Of a stretch of 64,000 nucleotides of DNA, positions 1 through 8,428 are shown piece after piece; position 1 is the first letter of the stretch, and each line of letters begins with the position of its first letter. The notes under the pieces were generated by a model. The model did no database searches, was not told the DNA's origin, and saw nothing but the letters and a program-made list of their open reading frames with translations. This DNA comes from Candidatus Buchananbacteria bacterium CG10_big_fil_rev_8_21_14_0_10_33_19. GTDB lineage: Bacteria > Patescibacteriota > Patescibacteriia > 2-01-FULL-39-33. Both the position numbers and the translations under genes were made by a program. The stretch spans positions 6,090 to 70,089 of the forward strand of contig PEZY01000004.1 of the NCBI GenBank assembly GCA_002773855.1, in the 5' to 3' direction.

Positions 1-127
1 AAGAAAGCATTTACATTTTTCTCTCAGATTAGGCAATAATCTTAATCTAGCTGGTTACGTTAAAAATAAAATCGACTTAGACAACTGGGTTGACCCATTG
101 CTACTGTATCAAAATTAAAAACCTATC

Positions 128-162
128 CAACAAAAAACAGCTAATAGCTGTTTTTTGTTGGA
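128..162. terminator. Bidirectional rho-independent terminator downstream of the MerR gene. Perfect 16-bp hairpin CCAACAAAAAACAGCT-AAT-AGCTGTTTTTTGTTGG.
   Basis: Perfect inverted repeat with 3-nt loop and embedded A/T runs, read directly from the sequence. Confidence 0.55.
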
Positions 163-165
163 CAT

Positions 166-912
166 TTATTTATCACAATAAATATTCATAGCCTCACACA
201 TAAACTGAGCCAAGCCGTCAGCAATCTGATCATAATAAGACTTAAAACGTTTATCACCAACATACATCTGAGCTAAGCCACGATACATTGTTAAATTTGG
301 TTCATAAAAAGCTCGCAAATTATTATAATGCTGAGCGATTAAAGCCTGAACTTCTGGACTAGCTGGATTACGTTTTAATGTCATTTCATTAGCAATTTGT
401 TGGTTTAATTTATCACTATCAGCCAATACTTTTTTTAAACCATCTTTACCCATTTTCTTCACCCGAAACTGTGATTGACGATAGGCATTACTATCACCCC
501 AATGCTCTTGAGCTTCTTTCGCGTATGCTTCTAATTCAGCTTTGTTTAAGCCGGCATACAAATCTTCATCAGCCATATTTTTTTGATTACTATTTTTTTT
601 AATAGTCTTATCAATCGTCTCAATTAATAAATCCAAACGATCTCTTTTTATTTTCATCATTTTCTTTTGATCAGTTAAAGCTAATGTCCTATTAAAATTT
701 GGTGCAAAAATAATTTTCTTAATCTCAGCTAAAGAAAATTCTAATTCTCTAAAAAATAAAATCTGTTGCAAAATAAGTAAATCATTATCATTATAATGCC
801 GATAACCATTTTGACTACGACTAGGGTTTAACAAATCAATTTGATCATAATAATGTAGGGTTCTAATACTCACCCCAGCTAATTCTGACAATTGTTTAAT
901 ATTATAAGACAT
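166..912 (-). CDS. MerR-family transcriptional regulator, TipAL-like, with C-terminal TipAS-type effector domain.
   Basis: N-terminal HTH 'YNIKQLSELAGVSIRTLHYYDQIDLL' is typical of MerR. Length (248 aa) and C-terminal composition resemble TipAS. Confidence 0.75.
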   Translation of the reverse strand: MSYNIKQLSELAGVSIRTLHYYDQIDLLNPSRSQNGYRHYNDNDLLILQQILFFRELEFSLAEIKKIIFAPNFNRTLALTDQKKMMKIKRDRLDLLIETIDKTIKKNSNQKNMADEDLYAGLNKAELEAYAKEAQEHWGDSNAYRQSQFRVKKMGKDGLKKVLADSDKLNQQIANEMTLKRNPASPEVQALIAQHYNNLRAFYEPNLTMYRGLAQMYVGDKRFKSYYDQIADGLAQFMCEAMNIYCDK

Positions 913-1051
913 ATTAATAATTTATTTAAAACTTAGGTGTCGACCTCATTGATATTAATCTATATCCACCTTAACAAATTATAAACTATTACGCAACGTC
1001 ATAGTCAAATAATATTTAAAATTTAATTGTTATTTTTAAATAAGCAACTTT

Positions 1052-1585
1052 ATGCTATATTTAAAGCATAAAGCTAATTCCAAACATATGAAAATAATCA
1101 CTCTAAGTGCTATCATCCTCACTTCACTAGTTTTATCTGGTTGCAATATAATTGGCATTCAATATGACCAGTCCAACGTCTCAACTCAACAAAACCAAGA
1201 AGTAACAGCTAATAAACTAGATATTAGTAATAAAGCCCTAACCCGATTACCAGACTATATTATTCGATTAGATAATTTAGAAGAGCTAAATATATCCAAT
1301 AATAAATTAACCGGCTCACTACCAGCAGAAATTAAAAACTTAAGTAAATTAAAAATTTTAGATTTGAGTAATAATTTAATGACTGGAATACCGGCCGAGA
1401 TTGGTCAATTACCAAATCTAGAAATCTTAAACTTAGCCAACAACCAATTGACTGGCTTACCGTATGAACTAGGTAATCTAAAAAATTTAAAAACCTTAAA
1501 TTTATCTGGTAACAATTATGCTCAACCAGATTTGGATGTTATTTTAAAAACATTGCCCAGTGATGTAAAAATTATTACCAACTAA
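1052..1585 (+). CDS. Leucine-rich-repeat lipoprotein (signal peptide with LSGC lipobox).
   Basis: N-terminal signal/lipobox 'LVLSGC'. Tandem ~24-aa repeats 'LxxLxLSNNxLTGxLPxEIxxL' (LRR). Confidence 0.7.
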   Translation: MLYLKHKANSKHMKIITLSAIILTSLVLSGCNIIGIQYDQSNVSTQQNQEVTANKLDISNKALTRLPDYIIRLDNLEELNISNNKLTGSLPAEIKNLSKLKILDLSNNLMTGIPAEIGQLPNLEILNLANNQLTGLPYELGNLKNLKTLNLSGNNYAQPDLDVILKTLPSDVKIITN

Positions 1586-1638
1586 ACAAATCAATATTAA
1601 AAATCCATCAGTTTGGTGGTTTTTTTAATACAAAAAAA

Positions 1639-1661
1639 CCCGTAGTACTCAGTACTACGGG
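1639..1661. terminator. Palindromic hairpin between convergent genes.
   Basis: CCCGTAGTACT-C-AGTACTACGGG lies between the + LRR gene and the - lipoprotein gene. Confidence 0.4.
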
Positions 1662-1670
1662 CAACCTTCA

Positions 1671-2084
1671 TTAATTATTCAACTCCAGAGAAAACTTATA
1701 CGGCAAGCCAAAGTGACAGTTAGAACCAAAACGAACAATGCCCTCAGCTTCGGTGGTTGATATAAAATGACCCATCAAAATATAAGCGTCAGATGGGCAA
1801 TGCGTACCACCAGATTCACCCCACTGATAATAAAAAGCCCCATTGAAAATAAAAATTTCATCATAACGATAACCATCAGATGAATAAAGAATATATTTGT
1901 CACCAGATTCTTCATCGGTAAAAACTTCAAAAATAATATCACCACTATAATCACCAATCTCTGGATCAATATTTGTCGGCGGAAAAAATGGTGAAAACAG
2001 ACAACCATTCAAAAAAATTACTGCTACCGCTGACATCAATAGTACTGCTATTTTATTCATTGACTTACTCCTCTTTAGTTGCAA
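1671..2084 (-). CDS. Hypothetical lipoprotein.
   Basis: Signal peptide with 'FLNGC' lipobox. No recognisable domain. Confidence 0.45.
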   Translation of the reverse strand: MQLKRSKSMNKIAVLLMSAVAVIFLNGCLFSPFFPPTNIDPEIGDYSGDIIFEVFTDEESGDKYILYSSDGYRYDEIFIFNGAFYYQWGESGGTHCPSDAYILMGHFISTTEAEGIVRFGSNCHFGLPYKFSLELNN

Positions 2085-2193
2085 TGTACTAGCTACTTAT
2101 GGTTTATAATAAAACGACTAAAATGTCAATACTGGGGCTTATAAATTACTTTATTAAGCTAATTGACATTTATAATAATTTATGATAATATAA

Positions 2194-2406
2194 CAATATA
2201 TTAGGAGGCTTAAATATCTAAAAAAAGCTATCAAAAAAGACAAAAAAAACAAGTTCATAACTGGCGAGCCCAGATACTGCCAAAGCTGTGGGAAAGAATC
2301 CCATAATTTGTTTGAAGTTACCAATAAAACTCAAAAAATAAACCAGCTCCAGTACTGTGAAGAATGTTCAGAAAAATACAAAGCCAAAATGGAAGCTGCC
2401 GCCTAA
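2194..2406 (+). CDS. Candidate small Cys4 zinc-ribbon protein with no canonical in-frame start codon.
   Basis: Stop-to-stop frame encodes '...YCQSCGKESHNLFEVTNKTQKINQLQYCEECSEKYKAKMEAAA'. AGGAGG lies at 2203-2208 and a + strand terminator follows at 2422-2461. No ATG/GTG/TTG is in frame near the SD. A-homopolymers nearby could carry an indel. Confidence 0.3.
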   Translation, partial: QYIRRLKYLKKAIKKDKKNKFITGEPRYCQSCGKESHNLFEVTNKTQKINQLQYCEECSEKYKAKMEAAA

Positions 2407-2421
2407 AACTTAAACAAAATA

Positions 2422-2461
2422 AAAATCGCTTTTCTGTATTTACAGATTGGCGATTTTTTTA
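2422..2461 (+). terminator. Rho-independent terminator on the + strand.
   Basis: AAAATCGC...GCGATTTT stem with inner CTGTA-TT-TACAG palindrome, followed by T7. Confidence 0.5.
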
Positions 2462-2487
2462 ATTACATTTTTTTAATTCTAATATTT

Positions 2488-3297
2488 TTATATTTCATAT
2501 TTGAAAATATTTGATTGAAACATTTTAACTGCTAATATCAAATATTCTTTGGCCATCTCCCAATTAATTGGTTCTAAGTAGCTACCACTTGGCCTTAATT
2601 TGCCTTGAGCATCAATACCAATCTTGGGCACAAAACACTTTATAAGTGGCTCAACTAAGTGCAAAGACTGCGGACCCAAACCACCAGCTACGATTAATTG
2701 TATATCAGGACATGAGTTATTTATAGCAGCCAAGTATGGTAATAATTTCAACCAAGACATTGGTAGGCCACGGCCCATGCTCATATCCAGTAGTACACCA
2801 TCAATTGTATCATCACCATAATCTTGAAGTTTGGTCACTAATTTAAGCGGATCGCAATCAACTAAGTTTAAGGCATGAGAATTAATTTGAATAATAACAT
2901 TAATATGCGGATAGAGTTTTTTAAATTCTCTAATATCATCTGAATTTGGCCAAATCATATCCAACTGAATGGCTCGTAAATTAGGACCAGAAAAATTAAC
3001 TACTTGAATTAGACTGTCTAGAATATCAATGCCTTGATAGTCAGCATAATGAAGAACGTTATAAGCCAAAGGATGTGTTGTAAAAATTTCAGCCACACTT
3101 TCTTTGGGTGGAAATACGCCATCAAAACGAGAGGCAAGGCCATGTAAAGTTTTATATGACATCATAACTCCCACACCCAATTGGTAAACTGGTCTATTAA
3201 CATCAATTATGTCTAAGGCTACTAACATATCATCAACCTGAGATCGATCAGTAAAATCAGTAATACCGATATAATTGGGAACTTTTAGCTTGGACAT
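2488..3297 (-). CDS. TIM-barrel protein of the phosphoribosylanthranilate-isomerase (TrpF) family. Function uncertain.
   Basis: 'NYIGITDFT' resembles the TrpF N-terminus 'KICGIT'. 'LRAIQLDM' and 'LIVAGGLGPQSL...IGIDAQGKL' resemble the TrpF 'LNAVQLHG' and 'LSGGLNPENV...VDVSSGVE' blocks. Confidence 0.4.
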   Translation of the reverse strand: MSKLKVPNYIGITDFTDRSQVDDMLVALDIIDVNRPVYQLGVGVMMSYKTLHGLASRFDGVFPPKESVAEIFTTHPLAYNVLHYADYQGIDILDSLIQVVNFSGPNLRAIQLDMIWPNSDDIREFKKLYPHINVIIQINSHALNLVDCDPLKLVTKLQDYGDDTIDGVLLDMSMGRGLPMSWLKLLPYLAAINNSCPDIQLIVAGGLGPQSLHLVEPLIKCFVPKIGIDAQGKLRPSGSYLEPINWEMAKEYLILAVKMFQSNIFKYEI

Positions 3298-3395
3298 CTT
3301 AATCCTTTCCGGTTGGTGGTAAAAAATATATTTATAAAATGAACAAGTTTAAACTATTTTTTATCACATTATAGACACTATGTCAATCGTCAACA

Positions 3396-3427
3396 AATAA
3401 AAAAGGCTACCGTTTTAAGGGTAGCCT
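3396..3427 (-). terminator. Rho-independent terminator closing the GC-rich island operon.
   Basis: GGCTACC-GTTTTAAG-GGTAGCC hairpin followed on the minus strand by a T-run. Confidence 0.55.
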
Positions 3428-3451
3428 TTGAGACCGTTGTGGTCTAAGGTA

Positions 3452-3883
3452 CTATTTTGGAGCTGTGGTTGACTCCGATTTTTCTGCACCACCTTGTCGC
3501 CGAAGTTTAGCGGCGGCAAGAGCGTCGTTGGTAGTACTTCGCCAGCTAAAACCGTTTGGCCCAACCGTCGAGATGTTACCATCTTTTCTGGTGGAGGCTT
3601 CTAACTGGAAGAACACCGATCCGTCACCACCGTGCTCCAGAATTTTCTGTAGTTGCCAGCCAGGTTGATCAGTCAAACCCTGACTAGCCGCTACATCCAA
3701 ACTGCTGGCCGGTGCACTGTAAACAGTAGCTGCCGCCTTAAGCTGATCAATTGTCGAGGTTTGATCGGCGATGGTTTTTTTCATCGCTTTGTGATTAGCC
3801 ACATAACCATGCAAAAACCAGCAAACACCAATCAGAGCTGCCACCGTGATCACTCCGCCAATAGCGCAAGCAATACATTTCAT
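3452..3883 (-). CDS. Island gene 4: small single-TM anchored protein (hypothetical).
   Basis: N-terminal TM helix 'IGGVITVAALIGVCWFL'. Ala/Gly/Ser-rich ectodomain. Sits in the GC-rich (~47-50%) block. Confidence 0.5.
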   Translation of the reverse strand: MKCIACAIGGVITVAALIGVCWFLHGYVANHKAMKKTIADQTSTIDQLKAAATVYSAPASSLDVAASQGLTDQPGWQLQKILEHGGDGSVFFQLEASTRKDGNISTVGPNGFSWRSTTNDALAAAKLRRQGGAEKSESTTAPK

Positions 3884-3895
3884 ACCAATCTCTCC

Positions 3896-5128
3896 TTAAA
3901 GTTTTTGAACTACCACAGTCAGTGGCAATCCATATTTTAGTTTCAATTCGATTTGGTGGCGTTCTATATTTTTACCACCAGTGTCAAAGTTGAGTATTGC
4001 ACACCAGCGACCATCATCGGTCTGACAAGGAATAAAACTAGGTATAGAACCACCGTTAATCCTCGCCTCTAACCTTTTGACATCATCTGGAGTCTGAAAT
4101 CGACCAAATTCGATTCGATCACCTAAATCAGAAGCAATACCTGTAGCCACCCAATCACCAGTTGTTACGGTAACTGAGTTGCTCCTTTTTTCCACTGGCT
4201 TTTTTTCAACCACCGCAGGTACTACTACTTCATTTGACGGTGCAGTCGTAATCGGCTGTTGAACCACTGGTGTAATTACTGGTGTAATTACAGACGCCGG
4301 AGTTGTAACCGTTACTGCTTTTTGAGCTGTTGACGATTTACTCATCCTGTCGACCCGCAACCAACCAATTTTTGTTTCATCATCGTAACTAGCGACTGGT
4401 TCATAAAAAACACCAGTTGCTTTATCGGTGAGTACTTCACCATCTACTAGATGAAACCATTTCGAGCCAACTTCAACTTCTTCACCACGCTTCACATCAT
4501 CTCCATCCCTAGAATAAAGGTAGGCATCAGCAGTGGCATAATAAGCCGCCGGCATTTCGGCCGAGTGCTCATTGATGACTGTGTCACGGTTAAGCGACAA
4601 GCCAACGCCCTTGATACGACTATCAATATTAGCCAGAATTTCTTCTCGCAACAATGACAGACGCATTGTATGTCGAGCTTGTGACCCAACATTAACATTC
4701 CAACATTGGAAAGTGAGAGCGACTAGCGACAAGCCGATCGCCCATTTAAACACCCAACGTTGGGGTTCTGGTGCTGTTACCACTAGATAGGTAGTACAAA
4801 ACACAATTACCAAGGAAAATATTTCCTTGGTCACCCCGCTTTGAATAGCAGCGGGATTTTTCAAGGCTACAAATATTCCGCCGGCTTGATAAAGATCATC
4901 GAAGCTCGCTCCGAAGATAATCGTCAAAACCGCCTGAACACCAACCGAAACCGCGAAACCAAGAAACAAGACTTGCGAAAAGCTCACGCTTTTACCAGCC
5001 AAGTTCTTGATCTCTTCACGATTGTAAACAGCCAAGATAATCAGCCCCGCCACCAAAGTAATCATTGGGGCGTATCTAAAAACAATGGACAACACAAATG
5101 CGAAAATAACAACTTTTTGCCAGTTCAT
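3896..5128 (-). CDS. Island gene 3: polytopic membrane protein (~5 TM) with a Pro/Thr/Val-rich linker and a C-terminal soluble domain (hypothetical).
   Basis: Hydrophobic N-terminal third. 'VITPVITPVVQQPITTAP' linker. No recognisable motif. Confidence 0.5.
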   Translation of the reverse strand: MNWQKVVIFAFVLSIVFRYAPMITLVAGLIILAVYNREEIKNLAGKSVSFSQVLFLGFAVSVGVQAVLTIIFGASFDDLYQAGGIFVALKNPAAIQSGVTKEIFSLVIVFCTTYLVVTAPEPQRWVFKWAIGLSLVALTFQCWNVNVGSQARHTMRLSLLREEILANIDSRIKGVGLSLNRDTVINEHSAEMPAAYYATADAYLYSRDGDDVKRGEEVEVGSKWFHLVDGEVLTDKATGVFYEPVASYDDETKIGWLRVDRMSKSSTAQKAVTVTTPASVITPVITPVVQQPITTAPSNEVVVPAVVEKKPVEKRSNSVTVTTGDWVATGIASDLGDRIEFGRFQTPDDVKRLEARINGGSIPSFIPCQTDDGRWCAILNFDTGGKNIERHQIELKLKYGLPLTVVVQKL

Positions 5129-5152
5129 ATCAACTCTCCTTAAAGGTTGTTG

Positions 5153-5956
5153 TCAGAATTTCTTCATTAAATTGGCAAACCACCGCAAGATATTTTCAAA
5201 TATCTCAAAGATTGATTCACCAATAAAATGGTCAGCAATTTGCTTGCCACGACTAAAGGCGCCATCTAAAGTGCCACTACTTGAATCAGTGCTAGCCGAG
5301 CCACTGGATTCTTTTCTTGGTTTTAACCAATCGGCAAATCCGAAAACCTTCTCGTGTATCTCGTCCCTCCGACCCCATAGCCAAACTGGTAGGGCGATTA
5401 CAGTTACCACTAGGGCAACCAAGATACGCCACCAACCTCGCTCATAGCGAGGTAGGAGTTTATCTTCTTTGATTCGAGAATCATTTTGCTGGATTGGCTC
5501 AACACCGATAATCCCCTTAGACAAATAATTAATCACCTGACCAACTGAAGAAACAGAATCATGTGTACTATCTGTCACTAAGGCTTTGATACCTTGCTCA
5601 ACCTGCTCCCAGTCAACTTGAGGAGTTGGCGGCCCGTAAGTAATGGCAGAGATAATCAGTACCAGTGCTAGCACCACCCAAGTATTACCCGGGATGTTGC
5701 TTTTACTAAGCACCCTCCAAAAGCCACCACCACGAATCCAATTGCCAATAGACACTCCTGTCCAATCTGAAACTGCTGGTACAAGAATGGCTGCCCAAAT
5801 AAGCAGTGCCACTCCCCACAACAATATCATTTCAAAGCCAAAGTTTACCCAGGGTGCTTCTCGCATACCCATGAGTGGATATTCCAAACACAAAGTAAAT
5901 GCAAAGGCAACCACTCCAACCAGGAAACAAATCACAGATTTAAGTAGAATATTCAT
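5153..5956 (-). CDS. Island gene 2: 4-TM membrane protein with a Ser-rich cytoplasmic tail (hypothetical).
   Basis: Four hydrophobic segments. ATGA start/stop overlap with the upstream gene suggests translational coupling. Confidence 0.5.
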   Translation of the reverse strand: MNILLKSVICFLVGVVAFAFTLCLEYPLMGMREAPWVNFGFEMILLWGVALLIWAAILVPAVSDWTGVSIGNWIRGGGFWRVLSKSNIPGNTWVVLALVLIISAITYGPPTPQVDWEQVEQGIKALVTDSTHDSVSSVGQVINYLSKGIIGVEPIQQNDSRIKEDKLLPRYERGWWRILVALVVTVIALPVWLWGRRDEIHEKVFGFADWLKPRKESSGSASTDSSSGTLDGAFSRGKQIADHFIGESIFEIFENILRWFANLMKKF

Positions 5957-6438
5957 CCTCCCAATCCTTCCAATCCTTTCAGTAAATTTTTCCAGAAGCC
6001 TTGGCCGGTGTCGGGTTTGACCGATTTAAAACCAGCTGGCTTTTCGGCGGGAATTTCCCGTTGACGAATATCTGCCGGACCACCAATTATGTGGAAGCTG
6101 GCTGTCCGCTTCTTGTCGGAAAATTCTAGCGGGATAACAGCCACGCCAGAAGATTTCCAATACTTATTACTGGTAGCCTCAACGATGGCTACTTTCTTAC
6201 TTAAGACATCAACAACAAAAGAAACGTTGGCTTGCACACCATTTTTATAGGTCTGCACCAGCATTTCCCAGCCACTAACGCCTCTGGTTAAATCATCGGT
6301 AATAGCATATTCTGGTCGACAGACCAGACATACTTCCCGATCTTTAGGCAGTGGCCGTGTGCCACATACTGGGCATTTGGGAAAATTTTGTTGTTTTCCC
6401 TTCTGTGGACCAGTTTGATTACCTTGGTTTTTACCCAT
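5953..6438 (-). CDS. Island gene 1: Zn-ribbon protein (CPVCG...CLVCRP) with a C-terminal beta-rich domain (hypothetical).
   Basis: CxxC-x13-CxxC near the N-terminus. First gene of a four-gene co-directional operon. Confidence 0.5.
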   Translation of the reverse strand: MGKNQGNQTGPQKGKQQNFPKCPVCGTRPLPKDREVCLVCRPEYAITDDLTRGVSGWEMLVQTYKNGVQANVSFVVDVLSKKVAIVEATSNKYWKSSGVAVIPLEFSDKKRTASFHIIGGPADIRQREIPAEKPAGFKSVKPDTGQGFWKNLLKGLEGLGG

Positions 6439-6574
6439 TTTAAAACTCCTTTACGTCTTTTCGACGGTTATTTTGGGCCATTCAACACTATCTATATAAA
6501 ACTGCTATTTAGCAGTAAAAACAAGTTAAATTGTAAAGTTCTCAGTTCAAAATCTACTGAACTTTAACACCCTT

Positions 6575-6603
6575 ATTTTACCATATTTAATGATTTTTGT
6601 CAA
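6575..6603 (-). promoter_or_regulatory. Candidate sigma70 promoter (TTGACA-N17-TAAAAT) upstream of the island operon.
   Basis: Read on the minus strand ~140 nt upstream of the 6438 start codon. Confidence 0.3.
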
Positions 6604-6662
6604 TAGATAAAACAATCAATTTATAACATTTTAAAAATATCAAAAAAATAGCTAATTTAAAA

Positions 6663-6686
6663 CAAAAAAGTGCCAATTTAGGCACC
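6663..6686 (-). terminator. Terminator after the TrbC-like/lgt transcription unit.
   Basis: GTGCC-AATTTA-GGCAC hairpin with a T-run on the minus strand. Confidence 0.45.
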
Positions 6687-6711
6687 TCTTGATAATTAAA
6701 TTTTATAATTT

Positions 6712-7110
6712 TTATGGATTAGTAGCCGATTGACCACCAGCACCAATATTACTACCACTACCCCCGCCCACTAAGGCTTCAAAAATATAACTTAAAATAA
6801 CATAAGAACTGAAGATTATTAGAATACCCAAAACGGCCCAAATCATCATATTTTTACCCTTTTGAATCTTACTACTATCACCACCAGAAATCATCCAAGT
6901 AATACCGCCGAATATAAAGGCCACTAGTGCCAAAACCCCAGAAACACCCAAGGCTCCATTAACGACATTTTTCACCGCATCCTCTAAATTACCACCTGTG
7001 GTACCAGTTAAGGGATTTTTTAATTCCTGAGCCTGAATTAAAAATGGCAATGACATTATAGACAAAGCAAAAACAAAAGAAATAATATATTTGACTTTTT
7101 GTGACTTCAT
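6712..7110 (-). CDS. TrbC/VirB2-like pilin-type small membrane protein (signal peptide plus two TM helices, Gly-rich C-terminus).
   Basis: Architecture (cleavable signal, two hydrophobic helices, 130 aa) is typical of the VirB2/TrbC family. Assignment is by topology only. Confidence 0.35.
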   Translation of the reverse strand: MKSQKVKYIISFVFALSIMSLPFLIQAQELKNPLTGTTGGNLEDAVKNVVNGALGVSGVLALVAFIFGGITWMISGGDSSKIQKGKNMMIWAVLGILIIFSSYVILSYIFEALVGGGSGSNIGAGGQSATNP

Positions 7111-7154
7111 AGTTAAAAACTATTATGAATTGAAATTATACATTGATTATAACA

Positions 7155-7955
7155 CTAACCAAATAAAAAGTTAATGGCTTTCTTTCTGACCAAAAAACTC
7201 ACTCCAAAAACAAAAATTACTATACTTACTAGCTGAGGCAATCTTAACCACCAAAAAACCGGTGTCTGATCTAGTCTAATAAATTCCATAAAAAAACGAA
7301 TCACCGAATAACCCAGTAGATATAAAATTGATACCGTGCCAGCTGGTAATTTTATTTTTTTATAAACTAAAATTAAAAATACAAACAATAATAAATTTAA
7401 TAATGACTCATACAAAAAAGTAGGTTGAAAATATAAATAATTTTCAAAACCTATTGGTCGATTAGACTTGGCAATTGGTATACCAATTGACCAATTAGTT
7501 GGCAAGCCAAATAACTCTTGATTAAAATAATTACCCCAGCGTCCAATCGCCTGCCCCAGTGGCAAAGCCACAGCAATCAAATCTACTAATTGCCAAAAAT
7601 TAAATTTGTTTTTTTTAGACCAAACAAAAACTGCCAGAGCACCGCCAATAATTGCTCCGTGAATAGCCAATCCACCCTGCCAAATTTTAAAAATCGCCGA
7701 CAAATTATTAACATAATAATCCCAATTAATAATAAATACTTCATATAATCTGGCTCCTAAAATACCACTGATTATCGACCAAGAGGCTAAATCATAAACT
7801 TGATCTACTGATATATTCTTTTGCTTGGCTAAACGTAAAATTAAAACCAAGCCAGATAAAATAGCTAAGGACATTAAAATGCCATACCAACGGATTTCGA
7901 TATAGCCTAATCTTAAAAAAACCGGATTGGGATTGTAATAATGTAGTAAATTCAT
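7155..7955 (-). CDS. lgt: Prolipoprotein diacylglyceryl transferase.
   Basis: Lgt signature 'GRWGNYFNQELFG' and conserved 'Y...H..GG' N-terminal region. Confidence 0.85.
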   Translation of the reverse strand: MNLLHYYNPNPVFLRLGYIEIRWYGILMSLAILSGLVLILRLAKQKNISVDQVYDLASWSIISGILGARLYEVFIINWDYYVNNLSAIFKIWQGGLAIHGAIIGGALAVFVWSKKNKFNFWQLVDLIAVALPLGQAIGRWGNYFNQELFGLPTNWSIGIPIAKSNRPIGFENYLYFQPTFLYESLLNLLLFVFLILVYKKIKLPAGTVSILYLLGYSVIRFFMEFIRLDQTPVFWWLRLPQLVSIVIFVFGVSFLVRKKAINFLFG

Positions 7956-8030
7956 AACTATATTTTAAGCTTTATTTGATAAAAAATAAAGGACTTCCAT
8001 TGTGGAAGTCCAGAATATGCCCTTTTTATT

Positions 8031-8243
8031 TTATTTACATTTTTGCAGTCTGCCAAAGCTTTCGCTGACCGCTTTTTTGCCAATCAACTCATGACCTTGG
8101 CGCTTAATCCAGGTAATACATTCCCTAACACCTTTGGCGTTACCGCAATGCTTAACGCGATTAACACCATCACCATCTTTGTATTCTACTGCTGTCTTGG
8201 CCATAAATACTTTCTCCTGTTTTATGGTTTTTTGTGAAGTCAA
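8031..8243 (-). CDS. Small basic hypothetical protein (70 aa) in a locally GC-elevated stretch.
   Basis: ORF with clearly higher GC than neighbours. No known motif. Confidence 0.3.
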   Translation of the reverse strand: MTSQKTIKQEKVFMAKTAVEYKDGDGVNRVKHCGNAKGVRECITWIKRQGHELIGKKAVSESFGRLQKCK

Positions 8244-8388
8244 ATTGAGACTTACCAGAGAAAATATTTATAAAGCTAGTTTCCCTTCATTGCCAACCTC
8301 CTTTTCTATTCCAAAGAACGACAATAACTATATTACCACTAATTAAATTTAAAGTCAACTATATCTTTTAACCTAAAAAATAATCACA

Positions 8389-8417
8389 AAAAAAATCGCC
8401 ACTTTGACGATTTTATT
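8389..8417 (-). terminator. Terminator downstream of pyk.
   Basis: AATCG...CGATT hairpin followed by T8 on the minus strand. Confidence 0.35.
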
Positions 8418-8428
8418 TTTGAATTTTT

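Noticed and set aside
1775-2008. 77-aa ORF on the minus strand inside the lipoprotein gene, in another frame.
   Set aside because: It is nested in a longer ORF whose product has a lipoprotein signal peptide. The nested frame is low-complexity (FFRRQILIQRLVII...).
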